From positions 104,621 to 168,620 of the forward strand of contig JANRIL010000020.1 in NCBI GenBank assembly GCA_033764955.1: a stretch of 64,000 nucleotides of DNA. Direction: 5' to 3'. The DNA comes from Cyanobacteriota bacterium. Lineage in GTDB: Bacteria; Cyanobacteriota; Cyanobacteriia; Thermostichales; Thermostichaceae. The position numbers and the translations under genes are program-made. Position 1 is the first letter of the stretch; every line of letters begins with the position of its first letter. Shown here piece by piece: positions 30,327 to 41,102 of this stretch. The notes beneath the pieces are model-generated. The model was not told where the DNA came from, made no database searches, and worked only from the letters and a program-made list of their open reading frames with translations.

Positions 30327-31451
30327 TCAAGAAAGTGCCGCGGCTGCGGTTTTCTCCACTTGGGCGGCCAGATGGGCTTGTCGTAATTGTTCCACCAACT
30401 CACTGCGCCGCTCATACAGCCGCTTGAGGGGACGAGGGGCTACTTTGCTGAGGGCATAGGCTGTCAGGAGGGGCAGAGCAATCGTGGAGTCGCTGTAGAC
30501 CACTACGGTTCCTGGCAGTTTATCAGGGTCAATCTTCCCCCAGGAAACTGCCTCCGACGGAGTGGCCCCCGACAATCCCCCCGTATCGGGACGGGCATCC
30601 GTGACCTGCAAAAAGAAATCATGCCCTTTTTCGTCAATGCCCAAAACCTCTTGAATCTGCGGCTCGGTTTGCAGCATAAAGTTCTTGGGGGATCCCCCCC
30701 CCAAGATCCACACCCCACTTGCCCCGCCCGACCGTTTCGCCGCTAAGACAATGCCAGCGGTCTCATTCACATCCAGCGACACATCAATCACAGGTCCACG
30801 GTTTTGCAGCGCCATTGCCGCCACATTCATGCCAATCGAACTATCCCCAGGACTGGAGGTATAGACAGGAACTCCATAGCGATAGGCAGCAGCCAGGATT
30901 GACTTATTCGGGATCCCTAACGCCTCTTCACGAGCCGCAATATATTTGCCGCAGAGATAATGAAACTGTGCGGATCCCATCCGTCCATCAAACTCCGGCT
31001 GAACCATGATCTGCCGAAAAAAAGCATCCGTGGAGAGCAAAACCTCATAATCAAAAAAGATGTCATAGATTCTCACCACGCCCTCTTCCCGCAGCACCAC
31101 ATCGCTAATGTCATGCCGCCCCCGCCTTAGCTCCAGACCAATCCCAAAATGGGTGTCGTGATAAAGGTTAGCGCCCGTTGAAACAATCCAATCAATAAAC
31201 CCCGCCTGCATGAGAGGGATGATGGCGGCAATCCCCAACCCTGCCGGAGTCAGCGCCCCCGTGATGCTCATGCCCACGGTTACATCCGGCTGCAACATCC
31301 GCTCGCTCAATAGCTGACAAGCCTCCCGCAGACGACCGGAGTTATAGGAGAGAAAGGTGTGATCAATGAGATCAGTGGCTGAGATCCCCGCCGTAATTGG
31401 CTGAGGATCAATTTTACGCCCACGCAAAAAACGGTTCGGTTGCTCAGCCAT
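30327..31451 (-). CDS. speY: Deoxyhypusine-synthase-like homospermidine synthase
   Basis: [40 protein letters not shown]. The true start is ATG 31451; the ORF-track extension runs through a tRNA. Confidence 0.85.
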   Translation of the reverse strand: MAEQPNRFLRGRKIDPQPITAGISATDLIDHTFLSYNSGRLREACQLLSERMLQPDVTVGMSITGALTPAGLGIAAIIPLMQAGFIDWIVSTGANLYHDTHFGIGLELRRGRHDISDVVLREEGVVRIYDIFFDYEVLLSTDAFFRQIMVQPEFDGRMGSAQFHYLCGKYIAAREEALGIPNKSILAAAYRYGVPVYTSSPGDSSIGMNVAAMALQNRGPVIDVSLDVNETAGIVLAAKRSGGASGVWILGGGSPKNFMLQTEPQIQEVLGIDEKGHDFFLQVTDARPDTGGLSGATPSEAVSWGKIDPDKLPGTVVVYSDSTIALPLLTAYALSKVAPRPLKRLYERRSELVEQLRQAHLAAQVEKTAAAALS

Positions 31452-31477
31452 AGGGATGTAGCGATGAAAACGGGGAA

Positions 31478-31562
31478 CGGAGAGGGTGGGATTCGAACCC
31501 ACGGTAAGTTGCCCTACACAGCATTTCCAGTGCTGCGCCTTAGACCACTCGGCCACCTCTCC
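31478..31562 (-). tRNA. tRNA-Ser(GGA)
   Basis: GGAGAGGTGGCCGAGTGGTCTAAGGCG-CAGCA-CTGGAAA-TGCTG-(long variable arm)-GTGGGTTCGAATCCCAC-CCTCTCCG; 85 nt, CCA not encoded. Confidence 0.97.
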
Positions 31563-31671
31563 AGGGAATATAGACTCAGGGCTGAGCCAGCCGTCACCCC
31601 AGCAGGGGGAATCAGCTTTGTTATCGTAGCAGATTGACTGGGTTTTGATGCAATCGGTTGGGTTGGGATCC

Positions 31672-33252
31672 CTAGAGGTTGACCACAAAAGCATCCCGAA
31701 TGCCAGCTTCTTTCCGCACTTCCTCAATGATCCCATCCGGCAGGGGATCATCCAGGCTGAGCACCATGACCGCCTCCCCCCGAATCAGTTGCCGACCCAC
31801 CTGCATACTGGCAATGTTGACGTTATAAGCTCCCAGGAGGGTGCCGATCTTGCCAATAATCCCCGGCATGTCACGGTGCAAGGTCATCAGCATATTGGCA
31901 GAAGGGGGAACGTTAATGGGAAATTCATCAATTTGGGTGACCCGCACTTCCCGTTCTCCGATCAACGCTCCGGCTACTGACCGTGCCCCATTCGGGCCAT
32001 GAGCAGTGAGTTTAATGGAACCCGAATAGTCCTTCAGGGAGGGATCCCTGGTTTCCACGACACGGATCCCGCGCTCTTTGGCCTCCAGGGAGGCATTAAC
32101 ATAATTCACCCGTTCACGGAGAGCCAGGGTAAGCAGCCCTTTTAAGGCCGCCACGATCATGGGTTGACCATCTTTTTCCGCCAAATCTCCCTGCAAGCGA
32201 ATTTCCAACTGACTGACCCGATCCCCTGCCAACTGACCTACCAAATTGCCCAGCGTTTCCGCCAAATCTAAATAGGGTTTGAGCTTTTGCAGCACCTCCG
32301 GTTGCAGTCCAGGGATATTCACCGCCGAACGAGCTGGCAATCCCAACAAGACATCGCGGATCTGTTCCGCTACGTCAATGGCTACATTCACCTGGGCTTC
32401 TTCAGTGGAGGCACCTAAATGGGGGGTGAGTAAGACCTCTTTGCCTAGCTTCAACAAGGGGGAATGGGTCAATGGCTCTTCAGCAAAGACATCCAGAGCG
32501 GCTCCGGCAATTTGTCCCTTGACGAGGGCATCATAGAGAGCCTGTTCATCAATCAACCCCCCCCGCGCACAGTTAATAATGCGGGCAGTGGGCTTCATAC
32601 TGGCAAAGGCTTCGGCGTTAAACAAGTGGGTGGTTTCCGGAGTTTTGGGAATATGTAGGGTGATGTAGTCTGATTCTTGAATGAGGGTTTTCAAGTCCAC
32701 TAAGCGAGCGCTCAGTTGTTCCGCCCGTTCTACCGATAGATAAGGATCGTAGGCCAAAATTTTCATGCCCATCGAGCGCGCCACCTGAGCCACATGGGAT
32801 CCAATCCGCCCTAATCCGACAATGCCCAAGGTCTTTTTGTAAACTTCTACGCCGACGAACTGTTGCCGCTTCCACTGCCCTGACTTGAGGGAGCTGTTGG
32901 CTTCGGGTAAGTGGCGAGACAATCCCATCATCAGGGCAATGGTATGTTCCGCCGCCGCAATCGTGTTGCCTTCGGGAGAATTGACCACAATGATGCCCGC
33001 CTTCGTCGCCGCTGGCACATCCACGTTATCAACCCCGACTCCGGCTCGTCCGATGATCTTGAGCTTGCTTCCGGCCTCAATCACCTCGCGGGTGACATGG
33101 GTGCCCGAACGAATCATGATGGCATCACAGTCGGCAATCGCCACTACCAATTCGGCGGGGGACAGTTTCGTTTGTACGTCGACGTGAGCCACCTGGGAGA
33201 GGATATCAATCCCGGCTTGATCAATCGGATCGGTGACGATAACTTTTAGCAT
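31672..33252 (-). CDS. serA: D-3-phosphoglycerate dehydrogenase
   Basis: [24 protein letters not shown]-terminal ACT domain. Confidence 0.96.
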   Translation of the reverse strand: MLKVIVTDPIDQAGIDILSQVAHVDVQTKLSPAELVVAIADCDAIMIRSGTHVTREVIEAGSKLKIIGRAGVGVDNVDVPAATKAGIIVVNSPEGNTIAAAEHTIALMMGLSRHLPEANSSLKSGQWKRQQFVGVEVYKKTLGIVGLGRIGSHVAQVARSMGMKILAYDPYLSVERAEQLSARLVDLKTLIQESDYITLHIPKTPETTHLFNAEAFASMKPTARIINCARGGLIDEQALYDALVKGQIAGAALDVFAEEPLTHSPLLKLGKEVLLTPHLGASTEEAQVNVAIDVAEQIRDVLLGLPARSAVNIPGLQPEVLQKLKPYLDLAETLGNLVGQLAGDRVSQLEIRLQGDLAEKDGQPMIVAALKGLLTLALRERVNYVNASLEAKERGIRVVETRDPSLKDYSGSIKLTAHGPNGARSVAGALIGEREVRVTQIDEFPINVPPSANMLMTLHRDMPGIIGKIGTLLGAYNVNIASMQVGRQLIRGEAVMVLSLDDPLPDGIIEEVRKEAGIRDAFVVNL

Positions 33253-33435
33253 AAGCAACTAAGGCGGTTGATGCAGCACATTGAGTGTAGTCACAGGAGG
33301 GGATCCGACACAAGGGTTTGCCTAGGGATCCCAACAACTCCTGGACTGACCAAGTCTCACCCCAAGGTTGATGGATCCCTTAAACACTGAGGCAGGCGAG
33401 ATTGGGTGAGGAATGATTCATGGGTTTATTCCCGT

Positions 33436-35208
33436 TCATTCCAGGGTAATCAGGGGGCGCAACCGCTCCAACCCGACACGATGGCAATAGTCTCCCAAAC
33501 TTTCCTGGGCATAGCGTTCTTGTTGGAAGCAGAACAGAATCGGGCGCAGCATGGTGGTGATTTGATCCACATGGAGCTTTTCTAAAAAGACGCTGGCTAA
33601 GCGTTCTCCACGGGGACTACCCCCCAGCCAGATTTGATAATGTTCAGGGGTGACGCCAACCAAGCCCAACTCCGCCAGATAAGGACGGGCGCAGCCATTG
33701 GGGCAGCCGGTCATCCTCACCACCAAGGGTTCATGGGCAAGATCCAGTTCACCTAACAATCCATGCAGGCGGCGCAAAACATCGGGCAATGCCCGTTCGG
33801 ACTCGGTGATGGCCAATCCGCAGGTGGGTAGGGCAGGGCAGGCCATCGAAACCTGTACCAAAGGAGGGATCCGTTCGACGGGCAAAACCCCTCGATCCAC
33901 TAAAATCTGATTGATTTTTTCACGGTGAGCCGGATTGATATCCGTCAACAAAATATCCTGAGTGGGGGTGAGGCGGAGGGGCAGGGCAAAATGCTGAGCA
34001 ATCTCCCGCAGAGCGGTTTTGAGTTGACAGTTGGGGGTGTCTTGAATCCGCCCATTCTCAATAGAAAGCCCCAGAAACAACTGTCCATCCCCCTGTTCCC
34101 GCCAGCCCAGCTCTGGCTTGGCGACAAACTCCGGCATGACCCGAAACCGTTTGAGTTTGCTACCGTAGTATTGTTCGACGGCGCGGCGAAACTTGCGGAT
34201 CCCCCACTGGTGAACGAGATATTTCATGCGGGCTTGCCGCCGATCCTGACGGTTGCCGTGATCCCGTTGCACCGCGACGATAGCCTGCACCACCTCATAA
34301 ATTTCGGCAGGGGTGGCAAAACCTAAGGGCTGAGCCAGGAGGGGAAAGGTTTCTTCCTTGCCGTGGGTGCGCCCCAATCCTCCCCCCACCAAAATGTTGA
34401 ACCCCTTCAGCTTGCCCGTCGGGGTGGTCAGAACCACTAATCCAATATCTTGGGAATAGATATCGACAGAATTGTCTCCTGCCACCGTAATCGCCGCTTT
34501 GAATTTGCGGGGAAGATATTGGTTGCCGTAGAGCGGCTCAGGGGATCCCACCACTTGTACGCCCTGCCCCACAAACTGCTTGGCTTGGCTGACTTCCGGA
34601 TCTTCGGGAATCTCAATGGGTTGGTCATCCACCCACAATTCGTAATAGGCTCGGGTATGGGGGGCTAAGACATCGGCCAGTTTGTGGGCATATTCCTGAG
34701 CATAGCGATAGTCAGGCCGCTGTTGATAGGGAGCTGCCGGAGCCATGATGTTGCGATTGACATCCCCACAGGTGGCTAGGGTGGATCCCATCTGCTGAAT
34801 AATCGACCCAATGACTGTCTTTAGATTTTGTTTGAGGATGCCGTGAATTTGAAAGGTCTGGCGGGTGGTGGTGCGAAGCGTGCCATTACCGTAGGTTTCG
34901 GAAAGCTGATCAAGGGTGAGATAAAGGGGAGCGGGCACATGCCCTCCCGGAACCCGCGTCCGCAGCATCATGGAATAATCCCGTTCTAAGCCTGCCTGCC
35001 GCCGTTCCTGCCGAGCATCCCGGTTATCCTGCTGGTAAGTGCCATGAAACTTGAGAATCTGGACGGCGGGTTCGCTGAAATGGCTGGTATCCTGTCGTAG
35101 CTCAGTGGCTAGAGGCTCTCGTAAAAAGTTACTGGCGGTTTTGATGGCTTCGTTTTTGGCCAGTTTTGCGGAGACAGGCGCAGGGATCCCAGTGAGAGTG
35201 TCAACCAT
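33436..35208 (-). CDS. sir: Ferredoxin-dependent sulfite reductase
   Basis: LKFHGTYQQDNRD, CGDVNRN, CPALPTC and TGCPNGC siroheme/4Fe-4S ligands. Confidence 0.93.
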   Translation of the reverse strand: MVDTLTGIPAPVSAKLAKNEAIKTASNFLREPLATELRQDTSHFSEPAVQILKFHGTYQQDNRDARQERRQAGLERDYSMMLRTRVPGGHVPAPLYLTLDQLSETYGNGTLRTTTRQTFQIHGILKQNLKTVIGSIIQQMGSTLATCGDVNRNIMAPAAPYQQRPDYRYAQEYAHKLADVLAPHTRAYYELWVDDQPIEIPEDPEVSQAKQFVGQGVQVVGSPEPLYGNQYLPRKFKAAITVAGDNSVDIYSQDIGLVVLTTPTGKLKGFNILVGGGLGRTHGKEETFPLLAQPLGFATPAEIYEVVQAIVAVQRDHGNRQDRRQARMKYLVHQWGIRKFRRAVEQYYGSKLKRFRVMPEFVAKPELGWREQGDGQLFLGLSIENGRIQDTPNCQLKTALREIAQHFALPLRLTPTQDILLTDINPAHREKINQILVDRGVLPVERIPPLVQVSMACPALPTCGLAITESERALPDVLRRLHGLLGELDLAHEPLVVRMTGCPNGCARPYLAELGLVGVTPEHYQIWLGGSPRGERLASVFLEKLHVDQITTMLRPILFCFQQERYAQESLGDYCHRVGLERLRPLITLE

Positions 35209-35333
35209 GATGCAATACTTCGGTAATCCGATGGATTTAGTGGGGATTTGTCATGATAGTAGCCTACCTCCGTCCATGTCGAGTTTTTTTGATCGCAAAG
35301 CTTTATTTTTCGATTCCCCGTTTACTACTCTTC

Positions 35334-35891
35334 TTATTCCCCTTCCCGCCGCAGGCGCACCTCCACCTCCCGCTCGACGTAGTGCCACTCCTGGCTGGCT
35401 CGCATCCGCACCAGCAGGTCATCAAAGGCCGAGGTGTGTTGAGGAGCAAATTCAAACCAGGTGAGGAAATCAAAGGGTTGTTCCAGATCGCGGCAGTGGA
35501 GTAGGCGGCGTGCTATAGCGGGCAGATAGTCTAGCCCGACGGCTGTGTGGTGAGATTGCTCCTCAAAAATGGCGCGTCGCTCATCTTGGGGCATTTCCCA
35601 CCAAGCTGCCGACTTTTTGATGGGTATGAGGACAGCACAAATGGCTTCTGAGCGATTGAGGCTGGGTTGTACGGCTCGCAAGAGGTCGACTTCCTGGCGG
35701 ATGGCATAACGAATGTTGCTGCTAAATCCCTGCAAAATCCACCCCTGCTCATGGGGTAACTGGGTAATGTCATCATTGACCACCTCGACCCGATCCACCC
35801 AAGTCAACCCTTCTCCCGCCAGCGAACGGATATCGGTAACCTGCCATCCCTGCTTACTCCCCCCCACAAAGGAATAGCGATTTTTCATCAT
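35334..35891 (-). CDS. cld: Chlorite dismutase, short dimeric clade II type
   Basis: IPIKKSAAWWEM..DERR.IF...SHH...ARRLLHCRD...FDFLTWFEF; ~185 aa. Confidence 0.9.
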   Translation of the reverse strand: MMKNRYSFVGGSKQGWQVTDIRSLAGEGLTWVDRVEVVNDDITQLPHEQGWILQGFSSNIRYAIRQEVDLLRAVQPSLNRSEAICAVLIPIKKSAAWWEMPQDERRAIFEEQSHHTAVGLDYLPAIARRLLHCRDLEQPFDFLTWFEFAPQHTSAFDDLLVRMRASQEWHYVEREVEVRLRREGE

Positions 35892-36060
35892 GGGTGCTCC
35901 TCGGCTAGTGAAAAAAATCGGGCTGGATCCCAAAAGGGATCTGGTCTTGATTCAACCATGCCAATCTGAGCGTGGGCTGAATAGGTCTGAATAGTCCACC
36001 TCGGGATCCCTGAGGAGGCGGGAGGAAGCAAATAATTTCGGTATGAGGGGAACTTGCTAT

Positions 36061-36082
36061 TGATATGACACCTGATATGACA
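36061..36082. promoter_or_regulatory. Perfect 10-bp direct repeat, possible regulator site upstream of cld
   Basis: TGATATGACA-cc-TGATATGACA. Confidence 0.4.
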
Positions 36083-36142
36083 ACAATTTCTCTATATCCC
36101 CAACTAACTTATGAGAGAAGTCAGTTCTATCACGGTAATGAA

Positions 36143-37651
36143 TCAGCCTGAACGAGGGATACAAACTCGAAAAAGGGATCCCTTTCCCTCTTGACTAAGG
36201 ACAGTGATCCGCCCCTGATGCAAATCCAGACATTTTTTCACCACTGCTAAACCCAAACCCGATCCTTCGATCAATCCGACATTTCTACCCCGATGAAAGG
36301 ACTCGAACAAGTGCTGCTGATCCTCAAGGGGGATGCCGATGCCCATATCCTCGATTTGAAATTCTATTTCTTGAGCGTGGTAAATAATCTTAAACCTAAT
36401 TTTGGTCTGATTAGGAGAGTATTTGATAGCGTTGGAGAGCAAGTTACTAAAAATTGAGTGTAACAACTTCTCATCCACATTAGCCAAGTAAGGGATCCCT
36501 TCTTGCTCAAATTCTAGTGGGTGTTGACGGGATAACAGTTGACATTCTTCTAGTAAGTGACGGCAAAATTGCTCTATATCAAGCAGTTGTGGGTGAAACT
36601 CTAACTTTTGGGCTTCGGCACGGGCTATCGTTAAAATATCCGTCAACATCTGGGTAAGACTTTTGGTAGCCTCTTGGATGCGTTTTAGATTTCGTAATTC
36701 TTTGGCATCAAGACGATCAGAGCGTGAACTTTCCAGTAACTGAGCAGACAGCAAAATCGTGCTGAGGGGAGTACGAAATTCATGAGATGCCATCGAAAAA
36801 AAACGTAGCTTCAGTTCATTGAGTTTGCGCTCATGTTCCAAGGTACGATGGATAGCCTCTATATGGTGGCGTTCGGTCAGATCTCGTGCATTCAACACCA
36901 ATCCTGTCAGTCCAGTGGGATCCTGAAACAGCTTGACCAATACTTCAAAAATTCGCCAATTAACTACATTTTCCTGAAGTCGAAATTGCAGAGCTAAGGG
37001 GGAGGCAAGTTGCTCCAAAGTTTGGGTAAATGCCACACGAACTAGTGGATGATCATCGGGGTGAATCCAGTCAAAGAGCGATCTGCCCAGTAACTGTTCT
37101 CCTGTCACCCCCAAAATTCGCTCGGTAGAGGGACTGACATAATAAAAAAGACCTGTGGCATCGATCAACATAACCAAATCAGAGGCATTTTCAATGAGGG
37201 TGCGAAATCGGCGCTCACTTTGTTGCAAGGCATATTCCGCTTGTCGCCGCCGTCGCCGCTCACTGGCATCTCGCATCTCTCGCTCTACGGCTGGCAAAAG
37301 GCGAGCTAAGTTGCTTTTCATCAAATAGTCATGGGCACCTGCTTTCATGGCGGCAACTGCCTGATCCTCCCCCATCGTGCCAGAAATAACCACAAATGGT
37401 AGATCCAGAGATTCTACCTGAAGAAGAGCTAGGGCGGCGGGAGCACTAAACTGAGGCAGGGTATAGTCAGCAATCACTAAATCCCAGGTTTGCTGCTGCA
37501 ACGCCGCCAACATTTCTGGAGGGGTTTCGACTCGTTGATAGCCCAAGATATAGCCACCCCTGCGTAATTCCCGCAGAATTAATAGGGCATCATCCTCATT
37601 ATCTTCCACTAACAATACCCGTAATGGAATACCTGTTTGTCCAGTATTCAT
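36143..37651 (-). CDS. Hybrid REC-PAS-histidine kinase
   Basis: LLVEDNEDD receiver, PAS (IHPDD), SHEFRTPL, NAIKYS, GSGLGL. Confidence 0.92.
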   Translation of the reverse strand: MNTGQTGIPLRVLLVEDNEDDALLILRELRRGGYILGYQRVETPPEMLAALQQQTWDLVIADYTLPQFSAPAALALLQVESLDLPFVVISGTMGEDQAVAAMKAGAHDYLMKSNLARLLPAVEREMRDASERRRRRQAEYALQQSERRFRTLIENASDLVMLIDATGLFYYVSPSTERILGVTGEQLLGRSLFDWIHPDDHPLVRVAFTQTLEQLASPLALQFRLQENVVNWRIFEVLVKLFQDPTGLTGLVLNARDLTERHHIEAIHRTLEHERKLNELKLRFFSMASHEFRTPLSTILLSAQLLESSRSDRLDAKELRNLKRIQEATKSLTQMLTDILTIARAEAQKLEFHPQLLDIEQFCRHLLEECQLLSRQHPLEFEQEGIPYLANVDEKLLHSIFSNLLSNAIKYSPNQTKIRFKIIYHAQEIEFQIEDMGIGIPLEDQQHLFESFHRGRNVGLIEGSGLGLAVVKKCLDLHQGRITVLSQEGKGSLFRVCIPRSG

Positions 37652-37742
37652 ATTCTCAAATAAGCTTCTTCAATAACTTTAATTAGGTCATGGACTGGCA
37701 CCTGATTATCCGAGATGGTGATGACGAATTGCATAACATTCA

Positions 37743-38186
37743 TCACCCGAAACGAGGCGGTGGCTCATTAAGCAAAAGCCAATAAATTCCCAACTGATTG
37801 ACAGCCTCAGTAAACTGCACAAAATCAACAGGCTTGCAGATGTAACTATTGCATCCCAAGCTATAGCTAGCCAATAGATCTTGTTCTTCTTTAGAAGTTG
37901 TTAACATGACGACGGGCAACAGTTTGGTGCGCTCATCCATCCGTAGTCGTCGCAATACCTCTAGTCCATCAACTTTCGGTAACTTTAGATCTAACAGGAT
38001 CAGAGTGGGCATTTTAGTCAAATCACGCCCTGCGTAGATTCCTGTACCATAAAGATAATCCAAAGCTTCTATGCCATCACGAGCCACAATCACCTCATTG
38101 CTAATGCGATTGCGAGCCAAAGCCCGCAGCGTTAATACCTCATCATCAGGATTATCTTCAACCAGCAGTATCGATTTAGGATTCAC
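37743..38186 (-). CDS. Single-domain response regulator (Rcp1-like)
   Basis: LLVEDNPDD, LLDLKLPKVDG, LTTS, NSYICKPVDF. Confidence 0.92.
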   Translation of the reverse strand: MNPKSILLVEDNPDDEVLTLRALARNRISNEVIVARDGIEALDYLYGTGIYAGRDLTKMPTLILLDLKLPKVDGLEVLRRLRMDERTKLLPVVMLTTSKEEQDLLASYSLGCNSYICKPVDFVQFTEAVNQLGIYWLLLNEPPPRFG

Positions 38187-38438
38187 AGCTAAAAGGGGAG
38201 ATAGGAATCATCAACAGCTAGGGATTCCCAAAAGCTACGATTTGGGGTCAGATCTTAATTTATCCCGAATGGCGTTCATTGCCCCAAAATTGTAATTTCT
38301 CGATAAGAAATTTTTCTGTCAAGTCCTTGATTGGGATCTTTGCTGCCACTCTCTGGCCATGGCGAGGAGGGATCGCCATGGCAACCTTTAGGGATCCCCA
38401 GAATAGCTGGATAGCTTCCCTAGAAATTCAGATTTTAT

Positions 38439-40937
38439 TTAGATTTTTATGTAGAAGGTTGATCCCTGATTTGGGGATGATTGCGCCCAGATTATCCCTT
38501 GATGCCGATGAATAATCCGCTGAACCGTGGCCAGTCCAATACCTGTTCCAGTAAATTCTGAAATACTATGAAACCGTTGAAAGGCTCCAAATAGCTTGTC
38601 AGCATAGGTCATGTCAAAACCAGCCCCATTATCACGAATGGCAAAGATCATTTGTTTTGTTGGGGGCAAAGAGGCACAATCCATTTGAGACGAGCTATAG
38701 CGAGTCTTTGGGAATCTCTCGACATGACTATCCAGTTGGCCAGAGTTAGATTCTGAGCTAGATTCCATCGAATGAACCTCTGTATTCTCACAACAAAAAA
38801 ATTCAATCTTTGGCTGCTCAACCTTGCTCGTAAATTTCCAGGCATTATCCAACAAATTCTCCAGCATAATCCGCAATAGTCGGGGATCCCCTTCCACACA
38901 GATATGGGGATCGATCGTGATTTGACAGACTCGTTTCGGCTGAGTTTGTTGTAAATTAAATAATATTTCTTGAGCAATTTCACTCAGATCAATCGATTCA
39001 TAGTGCAAGTCTTGTCGGGAGACTCTCGATAACAATAGTAAATCATCGATTAACTGACCCATCCGTTGAGTGGCATTGCGAATACGATGCAAATAGTTTT
39101 GTCCTAGACCGTCTAATGTGGATCCGTAGTCTTCTAATAAAGCTTGACTAAATCCATCAATGCTACGTAAGGGGGCGCGCAGATCGTGGGAGACTGAATA
39201 AGAAAAAGCCTCTAATTCTTTATTGGCTAACTCCAGTTGCAGGGTGCGCTGGCTGACCCGTCGCTCTAGCTCTTGATTGAGGAATTGAATTTCAGATTCA
39301 ACTTGCTTGCGCTTGGTGATATCAAAACGAATGGCTAGGTATTGAAAAGGTCGATCATATTCATCCAAAAATGGCACAATCACTGTATCCACCCAATACA
39401 ATGACCCATCTTTGGCTCGATTTCTGATTTCCCCCTGCCAGGTTTTGCCTTGACTGATGGTTGACCAAAGATCTTGAAAGAAGGATTTGGGATGATATCC
39501 AGAATTGATGATACGGTGGTTTTGTCCCAGCAATTCATGAGCTGAATATTGGGATAACTGACAAAATCGACTATTTACATAGGTGATGCGACCTGCGGTA
39601 TCAGTTGTTGCCACAATTGCCGCGTGGTCAAGGGCAAATTTCATGTCGGATAGTTCTTTGAGGGATTTACGCAAATCTTCCTCAATTTGTTTGCGGTGAG
39701 TGATGTCAATTAGAATACCGTCCCAAATAATATCGCCATTGTCATCTCTCTCCGGTCGAGAAATTCCCTGAATCCACTTTAATCGACCAGAAGGTGTGGT
39801 AATGCGCCCTTCCCAGTACCAGGGATCCAAGGTTTGCATAGAAGTGATGATGGTTTGATTGAGAGTCACTAAATCTTCGGGATGCACAACATCCCACGCG
39901 AGTTGCTTGTTGGCTTCTATTGCTTCTGGTTCCATCTCATACAATTCGCGACTACCAGGACTCATATAAATAAATTGATCGCTTCCATCGGCTTTGACTT
40001 GATAGCGATAGATTACTCCTGGCACATTAGCGGCTAACTTCTGAAATCGAACTTCACTTTGCCGGAGAGCTTCTTCTGATTGCTTGCGTTCTCGAATATC
40101 TCGAATTTGTCCGGTAATGTACTCAATCCCTTCGTATTCTACATAGTTGGCACTTACTTCCACCGGAATCAAATAGCCATCCCGATGTCGGTGTAGAGTT
40201 TCTATCATGCCTGATTTAACAGACTTAAAATCCTGCCAAAACTTCTCACAGGTTGCCTGATCAAAAATGGGATCCCAATCGGGTATCGACATGGTTAATA
40301 ATTCTTCGGCACTATAACCAAAATGTTGACAGGTAGCTCGATTAACATAGCTCATGCGAAAATTTTGATCGGGGCGGATCCAGTAGGTTGGCTCGGCACT
40401 TTGTTCAATAATCACCTGAAATTGCCGTAATCTCGCCACTTCCTGCTTGCGTTCCGTACTCTCTGTTACCATGCCCCCCACACCCCAGCGCGCCCCGCCA
40501 TCCAAGACCACCGGAAAATAGGAAACCACCCAATAGCGCATTTCTCCGGGATAGCCAGGTAATTCGCCAGAAATTTCTTGGTTGAGCAGGGGCTGACGAG
40601 TGGCTAAAACCTCTTCTAAAAAGGGGCGGATGGGGATGGCCAATTGGGGTAAAACCTGCTCAACCGTTTGCCCTAGGTGGGTGTTAGCCGGGATCCCATG
40701 CATGGCCGCCAAACAGTCATTGATATAGAGAAAGCGCAGATGCTCATCATAAAGACACAACCCCACTTGGGCGGTGGAGAGTCCTGCCAAAAACGCCTGA
40801 AATAGTTCGATACTCTGGTTGGGCAACGATAACGGGGTTGACATAGGTGAAGGGATCCCGTGTCTGAGGGAGAAGCATTGGCTAGTGCTGGGAGATGAGC
40901 ACACCAAACTATCAACGTTGTATCGCTGCTCAGCCAA
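38439..40937 (-). CDS. Multi-PAS sensor histidine kinase (phytochrome-type kinase core)
   Basis: Four PAS/PAC units, FSYSVSHDLRAPLR, NAWKFT, DNGAGF, GTGIGL. Confidence 0.92.
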   Translation of the reverse strand: MAEQRYNVDSLVCSSPSTSQCFSLRHGIPSPMSTPLSLPNQSIELFQAFLAGLSTAQVGLCLYDEHLRFLYINDCLAAMHGIPANTHLGQTVEQVLPQLAIPIRPFLEEVLATRQPLLNQEISGELPGYPGEMRYWVVSYFPVVLDGGARWGVGGMVTESTERKQEVARLRQFQVIIEQSAEPTYWIRPDQNFRMSYVNRATCQHFGYSAEELLTMSIPDWDPIFDQATCEKFWQDFKSVKSGMIETLHRHRDGYLIPVEVSANYVEYEGIEYITGQIRDIRERKQSEEALRQSEVRFQKLAANVPGVIYRYQVKADGSDQFIYMSPGSRELYEMEPEAIEANKQLAWDVVHPEDLVTLNQTIITSMQTLDPWYWEGRITTPSGRLKWIQGISRPERDDNGDIIWDGILIDITHRKQIEEDLRKSLKELSDMKFALDHAAIVATTDTAGRITYVNSRFCQLSQYSAHELLGQNHRIINSGYHPKSFFQDLWSTISQGKTWQGEIRNRAKDGSLYWVDTVIVPFLDEYDRPFQYLAIRFDITKRKQVESEIQFLNQELERRVSQRTLQLELANKELEAFSYSVSHDLRAPLRSIDGFSQALLEDYGSTLDGLGQNYLHRIRNATQRMGQLIDDLLLLSRVSRQDLHYESIDLSEIAQEILFNLQQTQPKRVCQITIDPHICVEGDPRLLRIMLENLLDNAWKFTSKVEQPKIEFFCCENTEVHSMESSSESNSGQLDSHVERFPKTRYSSSQMDCASLPPTKQMIFAIRDNGAGFDMTYADKLFGAFQRFHSISEFTGTGIGLATVQRIIHRHQGIIWAQSSPNQGSTFYIKI

Positions 40938-41102
40938 CAGGCGCTGATTTGCTGCTCAATTCTTTACAACTGCTGAATCTCTCTTCAGCTAAGTCATCAG
41001 CGTAGTCAAGGCAACTTCAGCCTGGGCATGAGTGAGGTTTGACTGAACCCAGCCTTGTCAGATAGGGTTTGGGGGGCAACGCACATTCTGGGATCCGAAG
41101 CG

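Noticed and set aside
31478..31562. tRNA as an integration site for an island or prophage
   Set aside because: No integrase and no duplicated tRNA 3' end are seen; the flanks are core genes.
31452..31751. 100-aa N-terminal extension of the DHS-like ORF
   Set aside because: It reads through tRNA-Ser and the end of serA; the real start is ATG 31451.
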